A stretch of 64,000 nt of DNA from an uncultured Clostridium sp. (GTDB lineage: Bacteria > Bacillota > Clostridia > TANB77 > CAG-508). The translations under genes were made by a program, and so were the position numbers. Positions 9,341 through 17,927 of the stretch are shown one piece after another. The notes under the pieces are model-generated. The model saw only the letters and a program-made list of their open reading frames with translations, made no database searches and was not told the origin of the DNA. The stretch is taken from assembly GCA_945877035.1 (NCBI GenBank), contig CAMCQH010000005.1, forward strand, positions 124 through 64,123. Direction: 5' to 3'. Position 1 is the first letter of the stretch; every line of letters begins with the position of its first letter.

Positions 9341-9457
9341 AAAGTTGACCCTCCTTTTGAAAAATGAATTATATTTATATTATTGTTATTTAATGTAATT
9401 TTATTCATCATTATAAAGGTATAAAATAATTATCATATACTGTTTTTATACTAAATT

Positions 9458-9946
9458 TTATTTAAAATATTCTTCCTCATCTTCACCATCTAATTGTTCT
9501 TTATTTCCTACTCTCATGTAGGTATAATAATCGATTTCGTTATTACTTTTTATATAATTTGTATATTCAGGATAACGAATTTTAATTGCCTCCCAAAAAT
9601 AAGGTGCAAATGAACAACAAAATATTTCGCTAGGAGCATAACTACTAGAAATTTTTTCATTCTCTAAATCATCTTCGCTATCATACATCAGACTATGATT
9701 CCATAAATTAAATGCCATCCTTGTTACTTTTTCAGAAGTACCTGTTTGCCATCCTTTTTGTATAGCATCAAGATTTACTTCACTTTGATTAATATTAAAT
9801 ATTTCTTTAAAATGTTCTCTTGTAGTTTCACAAATTCCCAACGTATATACTAATGATTTGTAATAAACATCTTTCTTACCAAGTTTCGCTAATTCTTCCA
9901 TTTTATTTTCAAAAAAACTTTTATGTTCATCATCTATAAAATTCAT
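9458..9946 (-). CDS. Hypothetical protein (DUF6075-like pattern), acidic C-terminus
   Basis: 162 aa. EHKSFFENKM...YYKSLVYTLGICETTREHF...WQTGTSEKVTRMAFNLWN resembles the recalled DUF6075 pattern. Ends GEDEEEYFK. Confidence 0.5.
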   Translation of the reverse strand: MNFIDDEHKSFFENKMEELAKLGKKDVYYKSLVYTLGICETTREHFKEIFNINQSEVNLDAIQKGWQTGTSEKVTRMAFNLWNHSLMYDSEDDLENEKISSSYAPSEIFCCSFAPYFWEAIKIRYPEYTNYIKSNNEIDYYTYMRVGNKEQLDGEDEEEYFK

Positions 9947-9992
9947 ACTATAAACACCTCATTTATATAATGTACATTTTTCCATTTTTTAA

Positions 9993-10145
9993 TCATTTTT
10001 TATAATTTCTTAAATATCTTAATTGCTCTTCATCTTCTAACATTCTCTCTCTTTCAGATTTATTTATATTTCCTCCAACAATAACTAAATACATTCCTAA
10101 TGCTAATAATACAGATAAAATTATTACAACTAATACAATAAACAT
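9993..10145 (-). CDS. Small membrane protein (50 aa)
   Basis: Below the ORF-track cutoff. TAGGAG RBS then ATG at 10145: MFIVLVVIILSVLLALGMYLVIVGGNINKSERERMLEDEEQLRYLRNYKK. One TM helix. Confidence 0.4.
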   Translation of the reverse strand: MFIVLVVIILSVLLALGMYLVIVGGNINKSERERMLEDEEQLRYLRNYKK

Positions 10146-10162
10146 TTATATCGTCTCCTACA

Positions 10163-10372
10163 CTATGAGTTATTTTTATTTTTTTCTTCAATTATTAATT
10201 TATTTTTTGCATCAACAACATCTTCTTTCATGTAAACATCAAATACTGGATCTAAAAAAATTTCTATATTCTCTAAGTCTGTATTTTCATTATTTGCAGA
10301 ACGTTTCCAGTTACTAAATGCTATTAAAGCATATGCTTTAGCTTGTTCCTTGTTATATAACTTTTCTTCCAA
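10163..10372 (-). CDS. Hypothetical protein (69 aa)
   Basis: ORF tightly packed (2-nt gap) behind 10375-10806. No recognisable motif. Confidence 0.45.
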   Translation of the reverse strand: MEEKLYNKEQAKAYALIAFSNWKRSANNENTDLENIEIFLDPVFDVYMKEDVVDAKNKLIIEEKNKNNS

Positions 10373-10374
10373 TT

Positions 10375-10806
10375 TTATACCTCCACTTTTATAAATTCTG
10401 GTACATCAATGCTTCTCCCTAATTCCTTTCTAAATTCATACCCTTTTCTTTTTTCATTATATGTATAAGCACTCTTGTTCCAGTTTCTATATGCCATATT
10501 GTTTAATCTTTTTCCTTTAGAAAGTTCAGCACTTGCTTGATTATGCATATTTTTTAATATCAAATCATCTACATTCCTTTGAAATTGTTTAACTTTTCTA
10601 TCTGATTTAATATAATTTTTAGTTCTTTCCCTATGTCTTTCTTTATTATTAGAGATTCTATTTTCTTTTTCTTTAGTATATCTTTCGTCTTTCTTTAAGA
10701 CTTGTGAAACCGCACTTTTTGAAATGTTTAGTTTCTCTGCAATATCTTTTGGTATTAATTTGTCTATAAAATACATTTGTATTATAGCTTCTTTACAACT
10801 CTTCAT
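10375..10806 (-). CDS. Small HTH regulator (sigma-70 region-4 / LuxR-like HTH, basic C-terminal half)
   Basis: 143 aa with LIPKDIAEKLNISKSAVSQVLKK helix-turn-helix near the N-terminus. Lies in the recombinase-proximal regulatory block. Confidence 0.55.
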   Translation of the reverse strand: MKSCKEAIIQMYFIDKLIPKDIAEKLNISKSAVSQVLKKDERYTKEKENRISNNKERHRERTKNYIKSDRKVKQFQRNVDDLILKNMHNQASAELSKGKRLNNMAYRNWNKSAYTYNEKRKGYEFRKELGRSIDVPEFIKVEV

Positions 10807-11219
10807 CTGTGCCTCTCTTTCTTTTACTTAACTTTTTGCTAACACTTTAAGAAGTCGGTAAAACTAATGAGCCTTTTTTTCTCATTTTTTCCATATGTTT
10901 TTTTGATTTTAAAATTCTCTTTTTAAAATTAGCAACACGCTTCTTTTGAATTGTTTGAACTTTTTTTCTGTGTAGAATTCTTCTTAATCTCTGATACATT
11001 TTCTTCACTCCTTTCACTTATTATAGTCCTGACTTTTTTTCCAAATTCGGACAAAATTTAAAATTTTTTTATTTTTCTCTATTTTTTGTTAAAGTTTTAT
11101 ATATCTCAATTGTAATTTCTTGTTTTAAATCTTCATCTATATTTCCATTTATTCTGCTATATTTATTTATTAAGTTATCGTATTCATTTATAATTTGCAT
11201 AACTTCATCATCTGTCATA

Positions 11220-11654
11220 TTAAAATTTTTGAACATTATTATTCTCCTCTCCCTTTAGCTTTAAATATTCTTTTTCTATTTTCTTTATAGCTCTGTTCCT
11301 TATCTTTCTAACTGTATCTCCTTTTATATGTAGCAATCTTCCAATTTTTTCATCAGTTGTTTCTTCCCAAAAATACGAAAAAAGCACTAACTTTTCTCTA
11401 TAAGTCAATGCTTTTGAACTTCTTAATAAAAATGGATCACTAAATACTTTTTCCATCTCATAGGCACAAATTTCCCTATCATATTTTTTCTCATAATCAT
11501 TTTCAATATTTTCTTCAGACACAAAAATATTATCATCTAACATATCAATATCATCTTCTAAATATGTATAATTATTTGATTTTAAATAATCACTTCTTGT
11601 TCTTCTTGCTATTGTTACTAATGCTGCTTTCTCCTTCCCATTTAATATATACAA
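11220..11654 (-). CDS. Sigma-70 family-like protein (region 4 HTH)
   Basis: 144 aa. REKLVLFSYFWEETTDEKIGRLLHIKGDTVRKIRNRAIKKIEKE is a region-4-type HTH. A 49-aa ORF (about 11069-11218) follows immediately. Confidence 0.55.
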   Translation of the reverse strand: MYILNGKEKAALVTIARRTRSDYLKSNNYTYLEDDIDMLDDNIFVSEENIENDYEKKYDREICAYEMEKVFSDPFLLRSSKALTYREKLVLFSYFWEETTDEKIGRLLHIKGDTVRKIRNRAIKKIEKEYLKLKGEENNNVQKF

Positions 11655-11882
11655 TGCACTCCCTCTTCTGGGAACTTATGATTTATATTCATAGTTCAAA
11701 AAGGAGTATTATAAATTTAATATTCTTTAAATTTTTCTTTTACATATCTACACCACCTTTACATCAAAATTTTAAAAGTATATTTAACATTTTTCCATTT
11801 GTTTTTTTATTGCTTTTGTAACTCCTTTTAAAACTTTGATATAAAGTTCCCGTGGGCATAATAATATGTTTTTTATAAAATC

Positions 11883-11980
11883 TGCGAAAATGTGGACAAA
11901 AAAAGAAAAATGTGGACAAAAAAAGATTAATATTAAATCAACCTGCTTTGTTTCCACTCTTTTTCGACAAAAATCGACAA
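11883..11980. promoter_or_regulatory. Cluster of 0A-box-like direct repeats in the divergent intergenic region upstream of the Spo0A-like gene
   Basis: TTCGACA at 11963-11969 is the exact reverse complement of the 0A box TGTCGAA. ATCGACA (6/7) lies 10 bp later at 11973-11979. Two 19-nt repeats AAAATGTGGACAAAAAAAG sit at 11887-11905 and 11907-11925 (20-bp period). Confidence 0.45.
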
Positions 11981-12104
11981 ACCCTTATCAATACTGCATT
12001 GTAAGCGATTAAAAAATAGATAAAATTATATTTTTCTATTGAATTTACATAATTTTCATGATATAATAATGGAAAAAATTTGAAATACATTTGTGAGGTA
12101 AGTT

Positions 12105-12836
12105 ATGGTAAATTTACTTATTGGCAATAAGGATACAACTGAGCTTGATATTCTTTACCAAAGACTTGCAAATGATAAAGATTATAGAGTTAATAGTGCT
12201 ACTACTGGAAAAGATACTTTAGCAATGTATCTTGAAATAAATCCTGATATATTAATTTTAGACAATACTTTACCAGATATGCTTGTTGAAGATATTGTAA
12301 ACAGACTATCTGTTAATCCAGTTGAAAGAAAAAAATGCAATACAATTTTAACATTGCCACTAAACTATACTATAAAAATGAATAACTATAGAAAGATCAG
12401 CGAAGTTATATATAAACCTTTTAAAAACAATGAATTAAATAATGTAATAAGTGAAATTGCTATTGATTATAATACTCCTGATTTAGAAATAGGAGAAATT
12501 GATTGGTTATTACAATCATTGAATTTTAATTGTCTTTCTAGCGGATATAGGTATATGATAAAAGCTATTTCATATTGTTACTATAGACCTGATAAACTTG
12601 AATACCTAAATAATGTCTTAAAATATCTTGCATACGAGTTTAACACTACTGAGTCACAGGTAAGAGATTCTTTGAATGCTTCAATAAGACCTTTTAACAA
12701 CTCTAATGAATATAACTGCTCTGATGACTTATTTAAGGCTTTGTATAATCATGGACACAAACTCTCTCTTAAAGACTTTTTAGAAAGAATAGTAATATAC
12801 TTAATTAAAATCAAGAAAAAAGGTAGATTATTCTAA
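12105..12836 (+). CDS. Spo0A-like regulator: degenerate receiver domain plus Spo0A C-terminal DNA-binding domain
   Basis: 243 aa. The C-terminal SSGYRYMIKAISYCYY...LKYLAYEFNTTESQVRDSLNASI parallels Spo0A GYxYLxxAI...IAKxxNTTxSRVERAIRHAI. The receiver keeps ILILD and YKPF but has NK where the acidic DD pair should be. One of only two plus-strand genes in the element; the other is the interrupted XRE gene at 16774-17038. Confidence 0.7.
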   Translation: MVNLLIGNKDTTELDILYQRLANDKDYRVNSATTGKDTLAMYLEINPDILILDNTLPDMLVEDIVNRLSVNPVERKKCNTILTLPLNYTIKMNNYRKISEVIYKPFKNNELNNVISEIAIDYNTPDLEIGEIDWLLQSLNFNCLSSGYRYMIKAISYCYYRPDKLEYLNNVLKYLAYEFNTTESQVRDSLNASIRPFNNSNEYNCSDDLFKALYNHGHKLSLKDFLERIVIYLIKIKKKGRLF

Positions 12837-12864
12837 AATTAATTAGAATTATCTACCTTTTTTT
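12821..12864. terminator. Bidirectional rho-independent terminator between convergent genes
   Basis: aggtagattattc-loop-gaattatctacct hairpin, with an A-run before it and a T-run (12858-12864) after it. Confidence 0.6.
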
Positions 12865-12866
12865 AT

Positions 12867-14054
12867 TTAAAATTGTATTTTTTTATATTCTTTGTAATCT
12901 TCTATAATTCCTGTGTATCTAACTGGATTTTGTTCTCTAATTATAGTATTCATTTTATCCCCTATAATTCTTTTTGCTTCTAAAAAATCTTCTTTTGGAA
13001 TATCAGTAGCAATAAAATTAAATGCTGGTACATTATCATTTAATACTTTTTTAGATTGCTTTATTATATCAAGTCCATTCATATTTGTACCAAAATCGTA
13101 TTTTGCAAATACCATTTCTGGTTTATATTTAATGATTTTATTATATGTATCTTCTGGACTTTTAGATGTTGCAACGATCTCCACATCTTTTATTTCATTT
13201 AATATATTAATAATTTTATCTTTTATATCATCATCATCATAAGCTATAAGAGTTTTAATTTTATTCATCAAAGTATCTTTAACTTTAAAATTAATAATAT
13301 CTTGTTTTAGTGCATTTCCCAAATGTATATCTTTTCCTTCCTGTGTTTGTATAATATCTGCATTAGGAAGAACTACGATGCTTTTTTCAAATTCACTTTG
13401 TTTTTTATATTGAACAATTTTTATATTTTCAAAATTATTTAGTTCTTGTATTTTTCCTTCTAATATGTTTTCTGCAATTTCAAATTGTTCTTTATTTTTC
13501 AATGATTTTTCCCTAATAGGCATAAATTTTAGAAATTTCCATTTTTCTATTTTATAGTTATTTAAAAAATCTCCTAATTCTTTTAACATATTTATATTTT
13601 TATTGCTTACAACCGTATTAATTCCTATTTTTATTGGCTTATTTATTGTTTTATCTAATAATTTCTTTATAATTTCAAAATGATTATCTGCTTTTCCTAA
13701 TTCGAGATTTATACTATTTGAAATTGAATCAATTGATAAATTTATTTCATCTAAGTTATTTAAAATGTCTTCTGAATATTCATTATCATTTTGAGATAAA
13801 TATATTCCATTTGTTACTAACTTGTTATATATTCCTTTTGATTTAGAATATTTTATTAGCTCATTTAGTCTAGGGTAAAGTACAGCTTCTCCTCCAGTCC
13901 AGGTTATATAGTTTATTCCATTTCTAGATAAGTTATCTATTACTTTTATATTTTCCTCATATGATAACTCTTGTATATTTGTAAAGCCAAAACAATATTT
14001 ACACCCTTGATTACATTTTGTAGTTATTTTCCAACATACTTTTTTCTTAATCAT
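12867..14054 (-). CDS. Radical SAM enzyme (viperin-like pattern) fused to a C-terminal CheY-like receiver domain
   Basis: Start moved to M14 (AAGAGGA RBS). CNQGCKYC is the CxxxCxxC cluster. ITWTGGEAVL, LVTNG, LSIDS, GINTVV and EKWKFLKF run colinear with viperin NFSGGEPFL, IVSNG, ISCDS, KINSVI and VRWKVFQ. No SPASM cysteines. The last ~120 aa are KTLIAYDDDD..EIVAT..MVFAKYDF..NGLDII..FIATD (receiver fold). Confidence 0.7.
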   Translation of the reverse strand: MIKKKVCWKITTKCNQGCKYCFGFTNIQELSYEENIKVIDNLSRNGINYITWTGGEAVLYPRLNELIKYSKSKGIYNKLVTNGIYLSQNDNEYSEDILNNLDEINLSIDSISNSINLELGKADNHFEIIKKLLDKTINKPIKIGINTVVSNKNINMLKELGDFLNNYKIEKWKFLKFMPIREKSLKNKEQFEIAENILEGKIQELNNFENIKIVQYKKQSEFEKSIVVLPNADIIQTQEGKDIHLGNALKQDIINFKVKDTLMNKIKTLIAYDDDDIKDKIINILNEIKDVEIVATSKSPEDTYNKIIKYKPEMVFAKYDFGTNMNGLDIIKQSKKVLNDNVPAFNFIATDIPKEDFLEAKRIIGDKMNTIIREQNPVRYTGIIEDYKEYKKIQF

Positions 14055-14212
14055 CAATATCCTCTTTTCATATATAATTTTATATGTTAGCATTATATCT
14101 TGAATTGAGCAAAAAAACTATTCTTAACATTTTAATCCGTTTTAAAAATTATTTAACGAAAAAAAATATCCTATACCTAGGATATTCATCTTTCACAATT
14201 ATATGTAAATTT

Positions 14213-15085
14213 TTATTTTCTTAAATAATCTTTAATAAATTTTTTATCTACTTTTGTAAGTTCACCTTTTAAATACATTAAATTTACCTTTACTTTTGGC
14301 AATTCTATTGGCAATTCTACTTCAAATAATTCTTTATTGTTCAATTCCTTTTTCACAGATTCTTTTATTACATAAGCTATTCCCATATTTTTCTTTACAG
14401 CTTCTACTCTTACTTCAGTTGCATCACTTATAATATCTGCCTTTATATTTACATTATATTTTTGTAAAGTTTCTTTTAATTTTTTTGTTGTTCTTGTATT
14501 TTCAAGATTTAATATACAATTTAAATTTTCTATTTCCTTAATATCTATAATTGTTAAAGGTGCTTTTGAAACAAATATATTATCTATTGTTAATAATTCT
14601 TCTATTTCAATATTATTTTTTTCTATATTTGCATCAGTTATTGCAAAATCAACTTCATGATTTTGTAATAATTCAATCATCTTATTTATATCTACTTCAC
14701 ATATAATAGTTATATTAAGTTCTGGAAATACTTTTTTTGCTTTTTCAATCTTATCCATTAGAAAATAACTCGTAAAATGCGATGGACAGGCAATCTTTAT
14801 ACTTCCACTTGATATATCGTTTTTGTCTTTTGCCAACTTCTCTACAAAATCAAAACTGGAAATTGATTTATTAACTATGTCATACAATTCCTTGCCATCT
14901 TCGGTTAATGTTATTCCTTTACTCTCTCTATTAAATAGTTTTAAACTTAGCTGATTTTCGAGATTAGTTATTTGCATACTAATATTAGCAACAGATAAAT
15001 TTAATTTTTCTGCAGCTTCTGAATAGCTTTTTGATTGAGCAACTTTACAAAATATTCTATACAAATTCAAATTTACATTTGACAT
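14213..15085 (-). CDS. LysR-family transcriptional regulator
   Basis: 290 aa. N-terminal LYRIFCKVAQSKSYSEAAEKLNLSVANISMQITNLENQL wHTH, followed by a substrate-binding-type domain. Confidence 0.9.
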   Translation of the reverse strand: MSNVNLNLYRIFCKVAQSKSYSEAAEKLNLSVANISMQITNLENQLSLKLFNRESKGITLTEDGKELYDIVNKSISSFDFVEKLAKDKNDISSGSIKIACPSHFTSYFLMDKIEKAKKVFPELNITIICEVDINKMIELLQNHEVDFAITDANIEKNNIEIEELLTIDNIFVSKAPLTIIDIKEIENLNCILNLENTRTTKKLKETLQKYNVNIKADIISDATEVRVEAVKKNMGIAYVIKESVKKELNNKELFEVELPIELPKVKVNLMYLKGELTKVDKKFIKDYLRK

Positions 15086-15098
15086 TTATATCACGCTC

Positions 15099-15689
15099 CT
15101 ATAAAATCTTTTTTAATTCTATTTCAGCTTTCTTCACAAAATAATCATTTGTATTTATCGGAATTTGTAGCTCATTTAATTTTTCTTTTAGTTTTTCTGT
15201 AGTATCAAACTCTGGATCATTGTCTATTGTTTCTATCTCAATTAATTTCTTACTATTTTCAATGTCTTTTATTGCTAATTTTAGTTTTCCTTTTCCATAA
15301 ACTATTGCTCTCTCTTTTATTGTCATTAAATTTTTATATCCAAGTGCTTCTATAAATTCTTTTCCCTGTTTTATATCCTGAATTTGACAATCTTTTTTAT
15401 CTTGACTAATAATTATTCCATCAGATGCTATGTTTTTGCTTTTTAAAGTTAACTCAAGTACAGTATAGCTTTTTATAAAATCATCTGGAATAAATTGAGT
15501 AACTTTTCTAATCAATATATATTTTTTTAAAATCTCTCTTATAGATTGTTTCTTTATATCAATATCCTTATTTATATAGTAAATATCTTCTAAATTATAT
15601 TTATCAATTATTGAAAATCCTTTACTTTCTAAAATATTATACATTTCTTGTAGTGAACAACTTATTTTAACTGTTATTTCATTACCCAA
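15099..15689 (-). CDS. CYTH-like domain protein (class IV adenylate cyclase / triphosphate tunnel family)
   Basis: 196 aa. NEITVKIS (ExExK with the second E changed to T), ILIRKV, TIKERAIVY and LIEIET align in order with CyaB-type EVELKF, LREM, EKQRSIY and FAEIAI. Confidence 0.5.
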   Translation of the reverse strand: MGNEITVKISCSLQEMYNILESKGFSIIDKYNLEDIYYINKDIDIKKQSIREILKKYILIRKVTQFIPDDFIKSYTVLELTLKSKNIASDGIIISQDKKDCQIQDIKQGKEFIEALGYKNLMTIKERAIVYGKGKLKLAIKDIENSKKLIEIETIDNDPEFDTTEKLKEKLNELQIPINTNDYFVKKAEIELKKIL

Positions 15690-15813
15690 TTTAATACTCT
15701 CCTTTAAAATATTACCTTACAATTATACCACATTATGTCAATTATATCAATAGTAAAATTCAAATAATTATTGAAAACAACGGTTTTCAGAGTATCACTA
15801 TACAAACTATTCT

Positions 15814-16299
15814 TTATTTTATATTTAATAATCTTTTGAAAAATCCTTCTTTTTTAAATCCATTCTTTGTTTGTTCAATTTTCTCTTTTCCTTTTCTTTC
15901 AATGTTTTCATTTTCAATTTTATTTTCTTCAAAATTATTTATATATTCATTTATGCTTTCAGCACTTATTGGTTTATATACTATATCAAACCCTAATTCT
16001 CGTGCTTTTACTATTAATGAGCTGTCTCTATCAGCTGTAACAAGTATAAATTTAGGCTTTTTCAGTATTGACAAATTTCCTTGTATTTCTTCTATAACCT
16101 CTAAACCTGTCTTTTTAGGCATTTGCATATCTGTAAATACAATATCAGGTTTTAAATTCATAATCTTTATTACTTCATCTTCTCCATCAAAAGCTGTCAA
16201 AACTTTTTCTACTCGTGTATTTTTTGCTATTACTGATTGCATATTTTCAGCTATTACTTTTACATCATCTGCAACAACGATTTTTAACTTTGTTTCCAT
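15814..16299 (-). CDS. Stand-alone response-regulator receiver (Spo0A-receiver-like) with basic tail
   Basis: 161 aa. KIVVADDVKV..PDIVFTDMQMPKKTGLEVIEEI..LKKPKFILVTA..VYKPI has all receiver signature residues. The LKKP-FI-VTA stretch resembles Spo0A. Confidence 0.85.
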   Translation of the reverse strand: METKLKIVVADDVKVIAENMQSVIAKNTRVEKVLTAFDGEDEVIKIMNLKPDIVFTDMQMPKKTGLEVIEEIQGNLSILKKPKFILVTADRDSSLIVKARELGFDIVYKPISAESINEYINNFEENKIENENIERKGKEKIEQTKNGFKKEGFFKRLLNIK

Positions 16300-16322
16300 T
16301 AATATTACCTCCTACAATTATT

Positions 16323-16652
16323 TCAGCTATTTTCACATTCAGTTACCACTTGTTCTATAACTTTAAATTCTTCATTTAATTTTGATAATTTATTTTTTAC
16401 ACTAATTACCGAACCTCTTACTGCACTTGCAGTGCAGCCATATATTTTAGCTATTTTATTCAAATTTTTAGCATCTGGACCAAATTCATTTAATCCATAA
16501 TATAAAATAAACCTTTCTTTTTGTGTTTCCGTTGTTTCATTTAAATTTTCTATTATATGTACTATTCTTTTTTTCTGTTCACTATTAAATTTTGATTTCT
16601 TTGCTAGTTCTATAAATTTATCAATAATTATACTTTTATCTTCAAACTTCAT
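16323..16652 (-). CDS. Small sigma-70 region-4-like HTH protein
   Basis: 109 aa. QKERFILYYGLNEFGPDAKNLNKIAKIYGCTASAVRGSVISVKNKLSKL resembles region 4.2 of sigma factors. Confidence 0.5.
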   Translation of the reverse strand: MKFEDKSIIIDKFIELAKKSKFNSEQKKRIVHIIENLNETTETQKERFILYYGLNEFGPDAKNLNKIAKIYGCTASAVRGSVISVKNKLSKLNEEFKVIEQVVTECENS

Positions 16653-16773
16653 AAAATTTTATTTCCTTTCTTTTCTAAATTTTTCGCTCTATGGCGAACT
16701 GGGTTTGCCAGTAAGCGTAAAAAAATATTATAAAATGTATAAAATTGTTAAAACTATGAAAGGAGTAGAGTTT

Positions 16774-17038
16774 ATGGGAAATATAAGAAAATTAGATGAT
16801 AATGTTAATATAGTTCGGCATTAATTTAAAACGCATTCGTGAAAGCAAAAACTTATCTCAAACAGATTTATGTTGTAAATTAGAATTACTTGGTGTAACT
16901 ATGTTTAAATCTGACATATATGAAATCGAAAATAATAAAAGACTTGTAAAAGATTTTGAATCTAAAGCTCTTTGCATTGCTTTATCAATTTCATTAGATG
17001 AATTATATGCTGATACAGATAAATACTTTGAACACTAA
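16774..17038 (+). pseudogene. XRE-family HTH regulator interrupted by one in-register CGG (16816-16818)
   Basis: ATG at 16774 with GGAG RBS. Zero frame reads MGNIRKLDDNVNIVRH-stop. Omitting C16816 gives ...NIV-G-INLKRIRESKNLSQTDLCCKLELLGV...YADTDKYFEH (87 aa), a canonical Cro/C1 HTH. Divergent from 16323-16652. Confidence 0.7.
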
Positions 17039-17393
17039 TATTATGTTAGTGTTTTTATCAATTCTTATTAACTTATATTTTAATTACTATTATTGACTAT
17101 TTCATTAGTTTTAATAATATACAATTTCTATTATATACATTTTAAATTTGTTCTTTTTCTAATATTTATGAAAACCTCCTTTTTTTCTATTTATCATATC
17201 TGTTACTATTTATTTATTTTTCTATTATTTATTATTATATTTTTTATTTCATTTTCTAAATATGACATCTTCCTATATTATAAGTGTTTCTATAATTTTA
17301 GTCAATCTGTTTAACAGTCATTTTTGTTGCTTTTTTGATGTATCTAAGTAAAGAAAATTTTGCGACATTTTTCTACATTTTTCAACAGATGCA

Positions 17394-17421
17394 CAAAAAA
17401 AGAACTAGTTTTTTCTAGTCC
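17394..17421 (-). terminator. Rho-independent terminator after 17432-17755
   Basis: Minus-sense ggactagaaaaaactagttc hairpin followed by TTTTTTT. Confidence 0.5.
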
Positions 17422-17431
17422 TTCAAATATT

Positions 17432-17755
17432 TTAGCTGTTTACTGCATTGTAAATAGCAATATTAACAAGTTTATAAATAGATAGATGATGTTTATCACT
17501 TAATCTTTCTAATTCTTTGTATGCAGATTCTCTAATATTAAAATTATGTGATTCTGAAATTTCTTTTGCTGATCTATCATAAAGATTTATATTATTTTTT
17601 TCTACCATTTCTATTATTGAAACATTTACTAATTTATTGATAGAGGCTTCATAAATTTCTGATAGTTCTTTTAGTTTTTCATATAAACTTGCATCTATTT
17701 CTATTCTTCTTTTTAATATATTATCTCTTTTCAAAAAATACTTATCAAAAACCAT
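17432..17755 (-). CDS. Tandem ribbon-helix-helix-like small protein
   Basis: Start moved to M14 (AAAGGAG RBS). Two internal copies of the pattern E..YEASINKLVNVSIIEMV / DKHHLSIYKLVNIAIYNAV. Confidence 0.45.
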   Translation of the reverse strand: MVFDKYFLKRDNILKRRIEIDASLYEKLKELSEIYEASINKLVNVSIIEMVEKNNINLYDRSAKEISESHNFNIRESAYKELERLSDKHHLSIYKLVNIAIYNAVNS

Positions 17756-17927
17756 CTTTTTCACTCCTTTTTGCAACATAATTATATTGCACAAAATGGA
17801 GCTTTTTAATTCCTTTACAGTACCATTTTTTGACTGTTTTTATAAACATTTTAAATATGACTGTTAATATTTATTAAGAGAGTAGCATAGTTACTACTCT
17901 CCAAAAAATTGCACAACTTTAAAAAAA

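Noticed and set aside
16681-16730. A relatively GC-rich stretch (cgctctatggcgaactgggtttgccagtaagcg) as a small RNA or tRNA fragment.
   Set aside because: No cloverleaf and no T-loop GTTCGAATC-type motif; only weak 4-bp stems. It is most simply the 5-prime leader or promoter region of 16323-16652.
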